Shown one piece after another: positions 30,854 through 40,586 of a stretch of 64,000 nucleotides of DNA. The notes below the pieces were generated by a model that was not told where the DNA came from, made no database searches, and saw only the letters and a program-made list of their open reading frames with translations. Source of the stretch: a bacterium (lineage in GTDB: Bacteria > UBA8248). Every line of letters starts with the position of its first letter. The stretch's first letter is position 1. Where the stretch lies: NCBI GenBank assembly GCA_965200245.1, contig CBDATS010000015.1:32001-96000 (forward strand), written 5' to 3'. A program made the position numbers and the translations under genes.

Positions 30854-31639
30854 GTGGTCCGGAAATTTTCTTCTCCTGAAAGCCAGGAAACGGCGGAAGC
30901 GCCTGTATCGCAGGCGTATCGCTTCGAACCGGCGGAAATCGAGAACCTTTTGCTCAAATCGGAAATCCTGGGAGGCGAGTTGGTGCCGCAGGGCTCCAAC
31001 TATACGTTCGCCGTCAGGATGGGCACAGATGATTTTCAGTTCTGGGGGATATACAAGCCCGCGAGCGGCGAGCGCCCTCTATGGGATTTTCCATACGGCA
31101 CGCTCCATTTTCGGGAAAGATGTTCATTTCTGGTAAGCCATCACCTGGGTTGGCACCTCGTTCCGCCAACAGTGATTCGCGAAGGGCCGCATGGCGAGGG
31201 ATCCATGCAGTTGTGTGTGCCCTATGACGGGAAGTCGAACTATTTCACGCTCCGTGAGGAGGCTCGGCCGGAACTTGTTTTGCTTGCGGCGTTCGACATT
31301 ATGGTGAACAACACGGATCGCAAGGGAGGACATTGTTTCAAGTCCGAAGACGGCCGCGTGTGGGGGATCGATCACGGACTCACGTTTCATGCGGACCCCA
31401 AACTGAGGACCGTCATCTGGGATTATGCAGGAGTTTCCCTGCCCGAGACGCAGGTGAACGATATCAAAAGGCTGGAGACCAGCCTGCACGACGGCGACAG
31501 CCCCCTGCGGCGTGAGTTGGACGAGCTTTTGGAACCCGATGAGGTGGAAATTTTCCTTGACAGGGTGGTTCGCTTCAGGATGAACCCGTGCCTGCCGACG
31601 CCGGAAGAATACAGGCGTTTACACTGGCATTTTGAATAA
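30854..31639 (+). CDS. SCO1664-family protein (PI3/PI4-kinase-like fold)
   Basis: GSNYTF, YKP..GERPLWDFP.GTL..RE, VPPT, NNTDRKGGH, IDHGLTF, LRTVIWD; probable GTG 30854. Confidence 0.88.
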   Translation: MVRKFSSPESQETAEAPVSQAYRFEPAEIENLLLKSEILGGELVPQGSNYTFAVRMGTDDFQFWGIYKPASGERPLWDFPYGTLHFRERCSFLVSHHLGWHLVPPTVIREGPHGEGSMQLCVPYDGKSNYFTLREEARPELVLLAAFDIMVNNTDRKGGHCFKSEDGRVWGIDHGLTFHADPKLRTVIWDYAGVSLPETQVNDIKRLETSLHDGDSPLRRELDELLEPDEVEIFLDRVVRFRMNPCLPTPEEYRRLHWHFE

Positions 31640-31684
31640 TCACGAATTCGCCCGGATAAATGCTGGAACGTTGAGGTTTAGGCA

Positions 31685-33001
31685 ATGAACGGTCATGCGA
31701 GCTTGACCGGGAATCGGGTGTTGCTCTTTTTTTTCTGTTTCGTCATTTGCTTGTCTCTGGTCGGGTGCAAGGAGAGTCCGCGTGTGCGCAGGATTGTGCC
31801 GCGCGATGTGGTGAACGAAAAACGCTGGTTTGTTTATAATAACCCGAATCATCCAAAATCCAGGAAATATTTAGCAGAACTCGATGAATTCGATTTTAGA
31901 AGATCGGCCCGAAGACACACGGCCCGCATATATAAGCAATACCTAGAATATCATTATACTGGCAAGTACTTCCGTCGGGCGCGTTACTGGTGGGAGCAGC
32001 TCACTTATCAGGAATTGCTCCAATCGAAGCAATCCGGCGTTCTCGAAAAGTTTCTGAAGCGATTCCCGGAAGGCTGGTTTGATACACCTCCCGATTTGGA
32101 CACCCAGAAGAGGGAATACGAAGCCCTGACGGCAAAAGACGAGATCGCACCCTACAGGGTTTTCCTTGAAAAATACAAAAATGCGCGCAGCGAATGGACC
32201 GAAGCGGCGACCCAGCGCCTTGAAAGGCTCCTGCTTGATGCGGTGAAAGCCTCGGGTGACGTTCTTCGCCTCGAGAGGTTCGTTTTTGATAATCCCTCCA
32301 GCCCCTATCTTGGCGAGGCGAAGAACGCTTTGCGCGCAGCGAGATTCAAACAGGCTTTGGGATCCGGGCAGGAAGTGGAATGGAAGGCTTTTATCCGAAG
32401 GTACAAAGGCTCGAAAGAAGCAGGAATTGTTCAGCAGCATATGGAAACGAAGGCGCTGGAAGGAGCCGAACGCTCAGGCCGTGTCGCGGCGCTTGAGCAG
32501 TTTCTGGTGCGCTACCCCGGTTCGGTTCACAAAGAACGGATTCTCACCTCGATTCACAGGATAGGGCAGGAGAGGAATCAACAGGCCCATCAGTGGGTGC
32601 GCGTAGAAAACGCCGAGGTCGAGGTATTCCGGAAACCCAAATGTAAATCCTGCAGGCCCTATTTGCGCGCCCAGGGCACACTGCGCAATCTGGATCCCGA
32701 TTTTTCTTTCGATGTAGGCTTGCAGGTCGAACTCATCCGGAGCGGGCGAAATTTTTGTCGCACCAGACACTGGATAAGAGGACTGAGGCCCGGAGAAACC
32801 CGTCCGTTTTCGTTTCACATTCGCGGAAAATCGCCTCCTAGGGGCAGCCCCGCTCCGAGGTATGAACTCGAGGTGATATCCGGTTCCGCTTATCGTGATC
32901 CACAAGAGGAGCAAAACATGGAAATCGAAGGTCTGGGCGGAAGGGGCAAGGGTCCTCAAAGTGATCGCTTCGCGCCTTTCCGGGTTCCTGATCTGAATTA
33001 A
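31685..33001 (+). CDS. Hypothetical lipoprotein with helical repeats
   Basis: Lipobox LVGC; repeats FLKRFPEG, FLEKYKN, FVFDNPSS, FIRRYKGS, FLVRYPGS; C-terminal beta-rich part with CKSC. Confidence 0.75.
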   Translation: MNGHASLTGNRVLLFFFCFVICLSLVGCKESPRVRRIVPRDVVNEKRWFVYNNPNHPKSRKYLAELDEFDFRRSARRHTARIYKQYLEYHYTGKYFRRARYWWEQLTYQELLQSKQSGVLEKFLKRFPEGWFDTPPDLDTQKREYEALTAKDEIAPYRVFLEKYKNARSEWTEAATQRLERLLLDAVKASGDVLRLERFVFDNPSSPYLGEAKNALRAARFKQALGSGQEVEWKAFIRRYKGSKEAGIVQQHMETKALEGAERSGRVAALEQFLVRYPGSVHKERILTSIHRIGQERNQQAHQWVRVENAEVEVFRKPKCKSCRPYLRAQGTLRNLDPDFSFDVGLQVELIRSGRNFCRTRHWIRGLRPGETRPFSFHIRGKSPPRGSPAPRYELEVISGSAYRDPQEEQNMEIEGLGGRGKGPQSDRFAPFRVPDLN

Positions 33002-33071
33002 AACAAGATAAATATCAATATTTTATGATGTTATATTGAAATAGAATAGAGGAATTTCTCGCTTGTGAAGT

Positions 33072-33977
33072 TTACTGGCGGTTCTTGCGCTTGAGTCTGC
33101 GCCGGTTCACTTTCTTGATATGTTTTGCGATGTATTGCACGAGGGCAGGGTTGCCAATGAGCAGAGACTGCCGCCACTTGCGTGCAGCGTCGAGGTCTTT
33201 CGGCGTATTCTCTTCAGAGAAAAACGTATCGAGGGCACGCCATTGGTTCGTACGGTCACGCCTTGCGAGAGTCGTGCCCCCTGCTTCTTTCACGATAACG
33301 GTCCCCGCCGCAACATCCCAGATGCTGGGAACGCCAAAGAGCGTATAGTGCAAGCCTCCACGTGCCACGAGGGCCTGCTCGTAGCACATCGAGCCGGTGG
33401 CGCGTACCTCGCCAAGGTTTTTCTTGAGCGGTCCTGTGGGACGGAATTGCGTCCAGTAGGAACCAGGCAGGGCGGCAATGCGTTTTCCGGTGGGTTTGTC
33501 TTCTGTGGCTACTTCGATTCTGTGCTTGTTGCGAAACGCCCCACCGCCTTCGAATGCGCTGTATATGGTACCTTTCTCCTCGGGCGTGAAAATCGCGCCC
33601 GCAATCGAGCGTCCGCGCTTCAATACACCCACCGAGCAGCCCCAGACGTGCAGGCCGTTCAGAAAATTTTTTGTGCCGTCGAGGGGGTCCAGAACCCAGA
33701 GAAATTCGGGTATTTTACGCGCTCCCTGCGCTTTGGCTTCTTCTTCGTTTTTGGGTTTCTCCTCGCCCAGAACCCCGTGCGCCGGAAAGTTCTCGTTTAT
33801 CACTTTCGTGAGAAACTCCTGGCTCGCGTGGTCGGCTTCGCTCACCGGGTCGGTCTCGGCCTTGTTTTTGTAATCCACTTCGACCTGCTTGCCGAAAAAA
33901 TCCATCAGGATTTCTCCGGCCTCACGGGCGAATCGGGAAGCGGCTTCGGCAAGGTTTCGGGGGGTAGGTTCGCTCAT
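33072..33977 (-). CDS. Inositol monophosphatase family protein (SuhB-like)
   Basis: VSEAD, LGEE, WVLDPLDGTKNF, WDVAAG. Confidence 0.92.
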   Translation of the reverse strand: MSEPTPRNLAEAASRFAREAGEILMDFFGKQVEVDYKNKAETDPVSEADHASQEFLTKVINENFPAHGVLGEEKPKNEEEAKAQGARKIPEFLWVLDPLDGTKNFLNGLHVWGCSVGVLKRGRSIAGAIFTPEEKGTIYSAFEGGGAFRNKHRIEVATEDKPTGKRIAALPGSYWTQFRPTGPLKKNLGEVRATGSMCYEQALVARGGLHYTLFGVPSIWDVAAGTVIVKEAGGTTLARRDRTNQWRALDTFFSEENTPKDLDAARKWRQSLLIGNPALVQYIAKHIKKVNRRRLKRKNRQ

Positions 33978-35023
33978 TCCTCACGCTCCAGCGGAGGCAG
34001 GTCGAGCCTGTCCGCAATTTCATCGAGTTCAGCAAGGCGTTCCGGCGAGAGTTCGAACCCCGTGCGCCTGCGTTTCGTCTCGGACCGGTGCTCGATCTCG
34101 CCGGGTATGAAAATCGTTTCCACACCCGCCGCCTTGGGTGTCGCCTTGATGATGGAGACGAAGGCGTTGGCGGCGGCCTGAAACTGCGATATCGGCAGAA
34201 GCGCCTCGATATTGACGGCTACGAAAACGCTCGTGACCCGGCTTTTTCCGTGAAATTCGTTGATGCCCACGATCTCGTGGCTGTGTCCTCCGCCCGCAAG
34301 GCAGCCGAGTATGGCGTCGATGGCGACAGAAAGCCCGCTGCCTTTGTACCCTGCAATCGGGGAGAGCAGGGAGCTTTCTAGGACTTCTTCGGGGTCCGTG
34401 GTCGGCCTGCCCTCTTTATCCAGTCCCCATCCCTCGGGGATGAGTTCGCCCGCCCGCGCCGCTTCGATGATATAGCCTCGTGCCACGACGGAAAGTGCCA
34501 TGTCCAGCACCATCGGGGGGTCGCTCGGCAGGGCGATGGAAAGGGGATTGTTGCCGATTCTGGGTTCTTTGCCTCCTGCCGGGGGCAGGACGCGCAGGGT
34601 GTTCGTCGTCACGATGCCGATCATGCCCGCTTCGGGTGCCATGGCCGCGTACGTTGCGGCGGCGCCGAAATGGTTGCTCTCTTTGAGTAGAACGGCGCCC
34701 ACATTGTGCTCTCTGGCGCGCGCTATGGCCTCTTCCATCGCGAGTCTGGAAACCACCTGGCCCATGCCGTTGTCGCCGTCTGCGAGCGCGAGTGCGCCTG
34801 CATCCTTGGCGATGTGGAAATTCGGAGTCGGGTTCGCAAGACTGATTTCCAGTCGCTTTGCGTAGTGTGGCATGCGGATCACGCCGTGACTGGTCACGCC
34901 GCGTAGCTCGGCTGTCACGAGTGTCTCTGCCGTCCATGCAGCGTCTTCTGCTGGCATGCCCAGCTTGGTGAAGACCCGATTCAGGAAGGCGTGGAGTTTC
35001 TCGCCCGTCGTGTGTCCGCTCAT
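33974..35023 (-). CDS. Ldh_2-family dehydrogenase (malate/L-sulfolactate/ureidoglycolate type)
   Basis: AELRGVTSHG, NHFG, GNNP, LDMA, GYKGSGL, IPGE. Confidence 0.9.
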   Translation of the reverse strand: MSGHTTGEKLHAFLNRVFTKLGMPAEDAAWTAETLVTAELRGVTSHGVIRMPHYAKRLEISLANPTPNFHIAKDAGALALADGDNGMGQVVSRLAMEEAIARAREHNVGAVLLKESNHFGAAATYAAMAPEAGMIGIVTTNTLRVLPPAGGKEPRIGNNPLSIALPSDPPMVLDMALSVVARGYIIEAARAGELIPEGWGLDKEGRPTTDPEEVLESSLLSPIAGYKGSGLSVAIDAILGCLAGGGHSHEIVGINEFHGKSRVTSVFVAVNIEALLPISQFQAAANAFVSIIKATPKAAGVETIFIPGEIEHRSETKRRRTGFELSPERLAELDEIADRLDLPPLEREE

Positions 35024-35596
35024 TCAACCCTCACGCGTGAACAGATAGGCCATACCGTGCCGAACGTGTTCGCCGGAGTCGATTTCGCTCAGAAAATCGG
35101 CCCGAGAGACGGACCAGCGGTTCACTTCGCTCAACTCACGTACTCGCCAGCCGGGAGCGTCCCATAGCGATTCGCTGCCAGCATAGCCGGGCCCTTGCTG
35201 CACGATCGTCAGATACCAGCGGAGGTTTTTCTCGCCAAATACCAGCCTGTCCACGCCTGAATCGAACGGCAGCCAGCAGGAAAACACGAAATCAGGCGTA
35301 TGGACTGTAAGCGCATCACGCGCGTCAAGAGCTTCCACTCCATCTTGTCCGGCCAGGTCCGTGAGTTTCAGATGCACACCGTGCGACTGCAACGCTTTCC
35401 CGATGATGGCGGCGCCGGCCCCCACCTCCAGAGGTCTTTGGGGAGCCAGGGCAACAATTTCCTCCCTGAGCGCGTCCAGCCATTCGATTACGGGAAGCTG
35501 GTAGAGGTTTTTCCCCTCGCAGTACAGGAGCCAGCCTTTTCTCTGCTCTTCTTCTGCAAGCATTTCCATGGCTTCGGCGTAGGGCAGGGGATTCAT
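35024..35596 (-). CDS. Hypothetical protein, possible class I SAM-methyltransferase fold
   Basis: LEVGAG motif I, then TD and VFSCWLP; abuts the Ldh_2 gene. Confidence 0.55.
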   Translation of the reverse strand: MNPLPYAEAMEMLAEEEQRKGWLLYCEGKNLYQLPVIEWLDALREEIVALAPQRPLEVGAGAAIIGKALQSHGVHLKLTDLAGQDGVEALDARDALTVHTPDFVFSCWLPFDSGVDRLVFGEKNLRWYLTIVQQGPGYAGSESLWDAPGWRVRELSEVNRWSVSRADFLSEIDSGEHVRHGMAYLFTREG

Positions 35597-35727
35597 CCAG
35601 GGACCCGGGTAAGGAGTATCCGTATCGCCCGTCTCAAAGAAATAAACCGCCCGAAAGGGAAGTTCCCTTGCAACGCCGCGTGAAACAAATCTCCAGAACG
35701 CATCTCCCCGTGCCTCTGGTGAATTTC

Positions 35728-36939
35728 CTAGACGCTTGGTCCATTTCTGTTGATGGCGAAAGCGTTGTCTTCATGCAGTATCTCGGCCTTCGTCATTTTC
35801 CCGCTTGCGACATCGATCACCTCGTCATAGACGCGCCGTCCCGCCACCTCGATGGGCACACCCTCGAAGATGTCCGTCACATCCACATCCGTGGTGTCGG
35901 CCTGCAGCTTCGCAGAGAGCGGGTTGCCCGTAATGCGAATGGTGCTCATCAGGGGGTGGTTGATGGTGTGGCCGCCGCCCGTGGAGAAGATGAGTACCTG
36001 AGAGCCGCCCGCCGCGATACCGGTAATGGATTCGCCCCCGTGGCCCGGTGTATCCATCACGTGGAGGCCGCTTCTGCGGCTCGCACGTTTCGCCCATGGG
36101 ATCACATCCACGATGGGCGCGGAACCTGCCTTCTGGATGGCGCCCAGGGATTTTTCTTCAATGGTGGTCAGGCCGCCCTCCATGTTGTCGCCCGTGGGCT
36201 GGCTGCCCCTGAGGTCGACGCCGCAGGCGAGTATACGTTCTTCCATCTCCTCCACCATCTTCCAGATGCGCTTACCCAAGGCCGGCCTCACACATTTATC
36301 GGCCAACACACCCTCGCCGCCCATCATTTCCGTAGTTTCGGCCAACAGGGCACGTCCACCCAGTTTAACGACTTGGTCTGTCACCCAGCCAGTGGCCTTG
36401 TTGTGCGAGAGGCCCGAAGTGGTGTCCGACGTTCCGCAGTTCAGTCCCAGAAGCAGCTTGCTCACCGGGACTTCCTGACGGCGTTCGTTCGTGAGCTCTC
36501 GAAGCATCTCCATTCCGATCCGCGTGGCCTTTGCGGTAGCGTCTATTGCGCCCCCGTCCTCTCGAATGTTGATTGCCTCCACCCGTTTTTCCGTTTTGGC
36601 TATTTCATGGGCGATTTCATCCGCCGTACAACCTTCTTCGCGATGGTGATCGATGACGATAACGGCGCCCGCATTGGCGTTTTGTCCATGCCCGACGAGG
36701 GTCTCGAACGTGCGCTGGATGTCGGGACCGATCTGGCAGCGGCCCAGTGGGTGAGTGAGTGCGACACTATGTCGCAGCGTTCTGGCGACGCGCTCGCAGG
36801 TTGGGTTGGCGTAGAGCGTGCCGCTAAGCAGAAGCAGGTAGTTTCTTGCGCCTACATCCCCCTTTTCCCTGGGGTATCCCCACCAGGTTTTTCTCAGGCG
36901 TTTCGACGATCCTGCGCCTCTTCCGTTTCTTCTGGCCAT
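35728..36939 (-). CDS. UxaA-family lyase large subunit (altronate dehydratase / SuyB-like)
   Basis: VGARN, HPLGRCQ, CGTSD..SG, NMEGGLTTIEEKSLG, FSTG. Confidence 0.88.
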   Translation of the reverse strand: MARRNGRGAGSSKRLRKTWWGYPREKGDVGARNYLLLLSGTLYANPTCERVARTLRHSVALTHPLGRCQIGPDIQRTFETLVGHGQNANAGAVIVIDHHREEGCTADEIAHEIAKTEKRVEAINIREDGGAIDATAKATRIGMEMLRELTNERRQEVPVSKLLLGLNCGTSDTTSGLSHNKATGWVTDQVVKLGGRALLAETTEMMGGEGVLADKCVRPALGKRIWKMVEEMEERILACGVDLRGSQPTGDNMEGGLTTIEEKSLGAIQKAGSAPIVDVIPWAKRASRRSGLHVMDTPGHGGESITGIAAGGSQVLIFSTGGGHTINHPLMSTIRITGNPLSAKLQADTTDVDVTDIFEGVPIEVAGRRVYDEVIDVASGKMTKAEILHEDNAFAINRNGPSV

Positions 36940-36955
36940 GGTGCACCTCCCTTCT

Positions 36956-37249
36956 TTATGCGAGGTCGCCGCGGCCGCGGGCGCTCTCTATGTTATGTAT
37001 GTGAATGTAGTCGCCCACTTTGATGTTCTTGCTCGCCACGCCGATGGACAGGCCGTATTTAATGCAGTGCTCACCTTTTTTCAGTGGTTTGATGCAGATT
37101 TTGTGGATATAGGGAATCGCCTGATTGGCAGTAAGGGTTTCGCCCATCTTGCCGTTGAGCATGAGGCAAACGGAACCTCCCTTTTCCACCTTTTCAAGAC
37201 AGGTGGCAACATTGTCTTCTTCTTCGATAATCATTGCAGTTACCGGCAT
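36956..37249 (-). CDS. UxaA-family small SAF-domain subunit (SuyA-like)
   Basis: DNVAT, IPYIHK, IKYG, HIHNIESARGRGD; RBS AAGGAG then ATG 37249. Confidence 0.88.
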   Translation of the reverse strand: MPVTAMIIEEEDNVATCLEKVEKGGSVCLMLNGKMGETLTANQAIPYIHKICIKPLKKGEHCIKYGLSIGVASKNIKVGDYIHIHNIESARGRGDLA

Positions 37250-37777
37250 GTTTTTCTCCTTCCAAAATTCAAGGTCCGAAAACCCATCGTAGCCAGTCAT
37301 GTGATGGATGATTGAGGAATTTCCTTCCAACGAGCCACAAACTATCGCATGGCAGGCGACAATTCTCAACAATGGGGAGTTACATACTTAAATCCGCAAG
37401 TCTCAATCCCTTCATCTTGCGCGCCGGCCCCAACCGCATCCCTGGATATCATGCAGACGAACATCACCGTCATCACCGGAAGTTGTGTACGGGAATCGTC
37501 ATGACTCTTTCCTGCAAGACAGGGAACGTCTTCTGCAGACAAGAGGAGGGGTGATAACAGCCTCATTTTGGAAATATGCTCCTTCGGACGCCGGTTTCCC
37601 GGGAGAAGAGGGGGCATACGGACGAGGTTCCGAGAGTCTGTTTCTCAACAGAAAAACGTCGAAAAATTTCCTGCTTTCCCGTCGGAATGTCCCATATCCT
37701 GCTCATGATGACGATGCAAAAAAACGAAAGCGTCAGGATATCAAACCATACTCATTTCCCCAGGAAAGGAGACCAGG

Positions 37778-38023
37778 ATGAAATCTATTTCCGAGATGCG
37801 CGAGCACCTGATCGGGAAGGCAGGCGACAGTGAGGAGTTCCGTGCCCGTCTGATCTCCGAACCGAGGGCCGTGGTATCCGGGGAATTCGGAATCGCGGTG
37901 CCGGAGACTTTCAACCTGCATGTGATGGAAGACGACGCCGAGAACAGCTATCTCGTCCTCCCGCCTTCGTCCCGGCTCACCGAGGAAGAACTGGAAGCTG
38001 CTGAAGGCGCATACTGGATGTAA
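37778..38023 (+). CDS. NHLP (nitrile hydratase-like leader peptide) RiPP precursor
   Basis: RBS AAGGAG; KA..SEEFRARLISEP.AVV..EFG..VP....L.V.ED.....LVLP....LTEEELEAAEGA, then YWM and stop. Confidence 0.85.
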   Translation: MKSISEMREHLIGKAGDSEEFRARLISEPRAVVSGEFGIAVPETFNLHVMEDDAENSYLVLPPSSRLTEEELEAAEGAYWM

Positions 38024-38174
38024 AGGGAATGATACACGAAAATGCCCATTTTCTTCCCTGAAACCAATAGGATTTGCCTGGGTAATAGTAGCCGTTGCGA
38101 TTTGCAACCATCCGTGGCTTCTAGTCTGTCTTGAGAGGAATGATTTATTGAATACATTATAGAACGTATATTAT

Positions 38175-38210
38175 GGGTGGGAACAAGGCCGGAATATCTG
38201 GTTCCCACCC
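38175..38210. repeat. Intergenic inverted repeat (REP-like hairpin)
   Basis: GGGTGGGAAC (38175-38184) / GTTCCCACCC (38201-38210) between convergent genes. Confidence 0.5.
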
Positions 38211-38286
38211 GTAGCTTAGGCAGAACAGTATATCCGGGTTCAACGCAGGCATATCATCCCCCCAACAATGACAGGGAGCATCACGC

Positions 38287-39336
38287 TCAGCCCCTGGGCA
38301 AGGGCGCAACGCCCACCTCGGCTGCAATCCGGTCGAGATCCTTTGTAAGTGCTTCCTTGATCGTGATGCCCTCGGACAGGGCGGTTTGGTATCTGCGATG
38401 TGCCCCTTCGCCCGGGATCCGGATCTCATCGAAGCCGGGTGCCAGACCAGACGCTTTGATGCGTGTCACGGCTTCGTCTACCACCGCCTTGTAGTCGCCT
38501 CCCAGGCATATCTCCGGGCTTATCGCCATGGCGAACATCGGCAGGCCGAAGGGTTTATCCGTTTCCAGCCAGTCGGGCTGATCGGCGTCAAAGCCGTTGC
38601 CGGAAAGTGCACCCGTCAGGAAAGTGAACATGAGTGCCAGGCCATATCCCTTGTAATCCCCCAGGGGCAACATGGTGCCCTTTGCGGCGAGGCTGGCGTC
38701 TGTAGTCGGCCTGCCTGAGGGGTCAAGTGCCCAACCCTCGGGAATCGGGTCCCCCGTCCTGGCGGCCAGGAGCACGTAGCCTCTCGCCACCTTGGATGTG
38801 GCGATGTCGAAGATAATGGGATAATCCTGATTGGAGGGAATCGCGAAGGCCACCGGATTGTTTCCAACCATTCGCTCGAAACCGCCCCACGGGGCGAGGT
38901 TTCCGACCGCACCGCTGATGACCATGCCAATCATGCCGTGTTCAAGTGCCATGGCGGCGAAATAACCAATGTGGCCCGTGTGGGAGGATTTTCGTATTGC
39001 AGCCGCTCCGATGCCGCAAGTCTTTGCCTTCTCGATGGCGACATCCATGGCGCGCCGCGCGACGACGGCACTCATGCCGTAGTCCCCGTCAAGCAAGGAA
39101 AAAGCGGGCAGATCCGTGATGGTATCAACTTGGGGTCTCGGGTTCGCCGTTCCGTTTCTGAGACGTTCCACAAAAACCCCGAAGCGTACGCAGCCATGTG
39201 AATTCACGCCCCTCAGTTCGGCGTCCACAATTTGGGCGGCACACGCACTGGCGTCAGACTCCGTCATGTCGAGAGCCTGATAGACACGCACAAGATAGGT
39301 GTGAAGGTCTTTCGCATGAACCTTGATGTCCGGCAT
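38287..39336 (-). CDS. Second Ldh_2-family dehydrogenase
   Basis: AELRGVNSHG, SHTG, GNNP, FDIAT, DYKGYGL, IPGE; ATG 39336 after GGAG. Confidence 0.9.
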   Translation of the reverse strand: MPDIKVHAKDLHTYLVRVYQALDMTESDASACAAQIVDAELRGVNSHGCVRFGVFVERLRNGTANPRPQVDTITDLPAFSLLDGDYGMSAVVARRAMDVAIEKAKTCGIGAAAIRKSSHTGHIGYFAAMALEHGMIGMVISGAVGNLAPWGGFERMVGNNPVAFAIPSNQDYPIIFDIATSKVARGYVLLAARTGDPIPEGWALDPSGRPTTDASLAAKGTMLPLGDYKGYGLALMFTFLTGALSGNGFDADQPDWLETDKPFGLPMFAMAISPEICLGGDYKAVVDEAVTRIKASGLAPGFDEIRIPGEGAHRRYQTALSEGITIKEALTKDLDRIAAEVGVAPLPRG

Positions 39337-39463
39337 GTTTTCTCCCCGCGAAGTCAGCGAAGCCACGTGCAAACAAATCCCCGATCTTGTCTTGGCGGAC
39401 GGGAAAAAGAGTGTTAAGAGCTAATACGATGAGTTTGCCTTTACATATGGAGGGTCCGCAAGC

Positions 39464-40552
39464 ATGAAAGGATGGCGTTTCTATGCCTTTGGCGATATGA
39501 GGCTTGATGAGGTGCCGGACCCCGAGGTGAAACCCGGTTGGGCCGTGTGCAAGGTGCGGCGGGTGCAGCCAAGCATCACCGACGTGCAGAGATCTTTGGG
39601 TATCGGAACCATAAATTCGGCGCTTTTGAGGGAAATGCTCGAAAAACACGCGCCCGTGCAGTTGCTTGGGCACGAGATGAGCGCTGAAGTCGTGGAGGTG
39701 GGTGGAGGCGTCGAGCATCTGAGTGTGGGTGACAGGGTCTGTACCTCGGGTCACGTACCGTGCCTCAATTGCAGTTTTTGCCGTGAAGGTAGAGAGATGT
39801 ACTGCATCGACAAGCTTCACGTGGGCATAAACACGCCGGGGGCCTTCGCCGAGTACATCGCGTTGCCCGCGCACGGCCTTGTGAGGCCGCCCCAGACGCT
39901 GGACGACGCATCCATCGCCTGTCTCCAGCCGCTTTCCTCTACGGTTGCTGCCATGCGGGACGCGAAGGTTCAGCCAGGCGAGACAGTGGCTATCACGGGA
40001 CAAGGGGTGATGGGCCTCTATGCCCTGCAGGCTGCCCGCACCTGCGGGGCAGGGGCCGTCTACGTGAGCGATGTGAAAGAGGAAGCTCTCGCCTTGAGCC
40101 GCAGGTTCGGGGCGGATGAGATAATCGACGCGAGAGCAGAAGATACCGTTGAAAGGGTGATGGAGATAACGGAGGGCCGGGGTGTCGACCTCGTTTTCGA
40201 ATGCGCAGGCGGAAACGCCGAGCAGGGACTTTCGGGCCACACCACACTGCACCAGTCGACACGCATGGTGCGCATCGGCGGACGCGTCATCCAAATCGCG
40301 GGCCTCATCGGTGATCTGAAATTCGACCCGGTTTTCATGCGTGCACAGGGCATCCAGTGGGTTTTCCCCGAAGGACACGGCGCAGATACTGTGGCCCTGG
40401 GCGGGAAGTGGGTGGCCAGTGGAAGAATCGACGTGCAATCTCTCATCACACACGAGGAGCACGGAATCGAAAACCTTCCCCGAGTGATGGAGATTACCAA
40501 CAAGAAGGCGGAATACCGGGCCACGAACCCTTGCCAACTCGTTCTGGCTTAG
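39464..40552 (+). CDS. Zn-dependent medium-chain dehydrogenase
   Basis: GHE motif, structural-Zn CLNCSFC...C, GQGVMG. Confidence 0.88.
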   Translation: MKGWRFYAFGDMRLDEVPDPEVKPGWAVCKVRRVQPSITDVQRSLGIGTINSALLREMLEKHAPVQLLGHEMSAEVVEVGGGVEHLSVGDRVCTSGHVPCLNCSFCREGREMYCIDKLHVGINTPGAFAEYIALPAHGLVRPPQTLDDASIACLQPLSSTVAAMRDAKVQPGETVAITGQGVMGLYALQAARTCGAGAVYVSDVKEEALALSRRFGADEIIDARAEDTVERVMEITEGRGVDLVFECAGGNAEQGLSGHTTLHQSTRMVRIGGRVIQIAGLIGDLKFDPVFMRAQGIQWVFPEGHGADTVALGGKWVASGRIDVQSLITHEEHGIENLPRVMEITNKKAEYRATNPCQLVLA

Positions 40553-40586
40553 CCTGTGCATACTTTCGTTTTATATTTTTAAGGAG

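Noticed and set aside
35668-37023. 451-aa plus-strand ORF
   Set aside because: Antisense shadow of the UxaA-family gene
39254-40561. 435-aa minus-strand ORF
   Set aside because: Antisense shadow of the Zn-dehydrogenase
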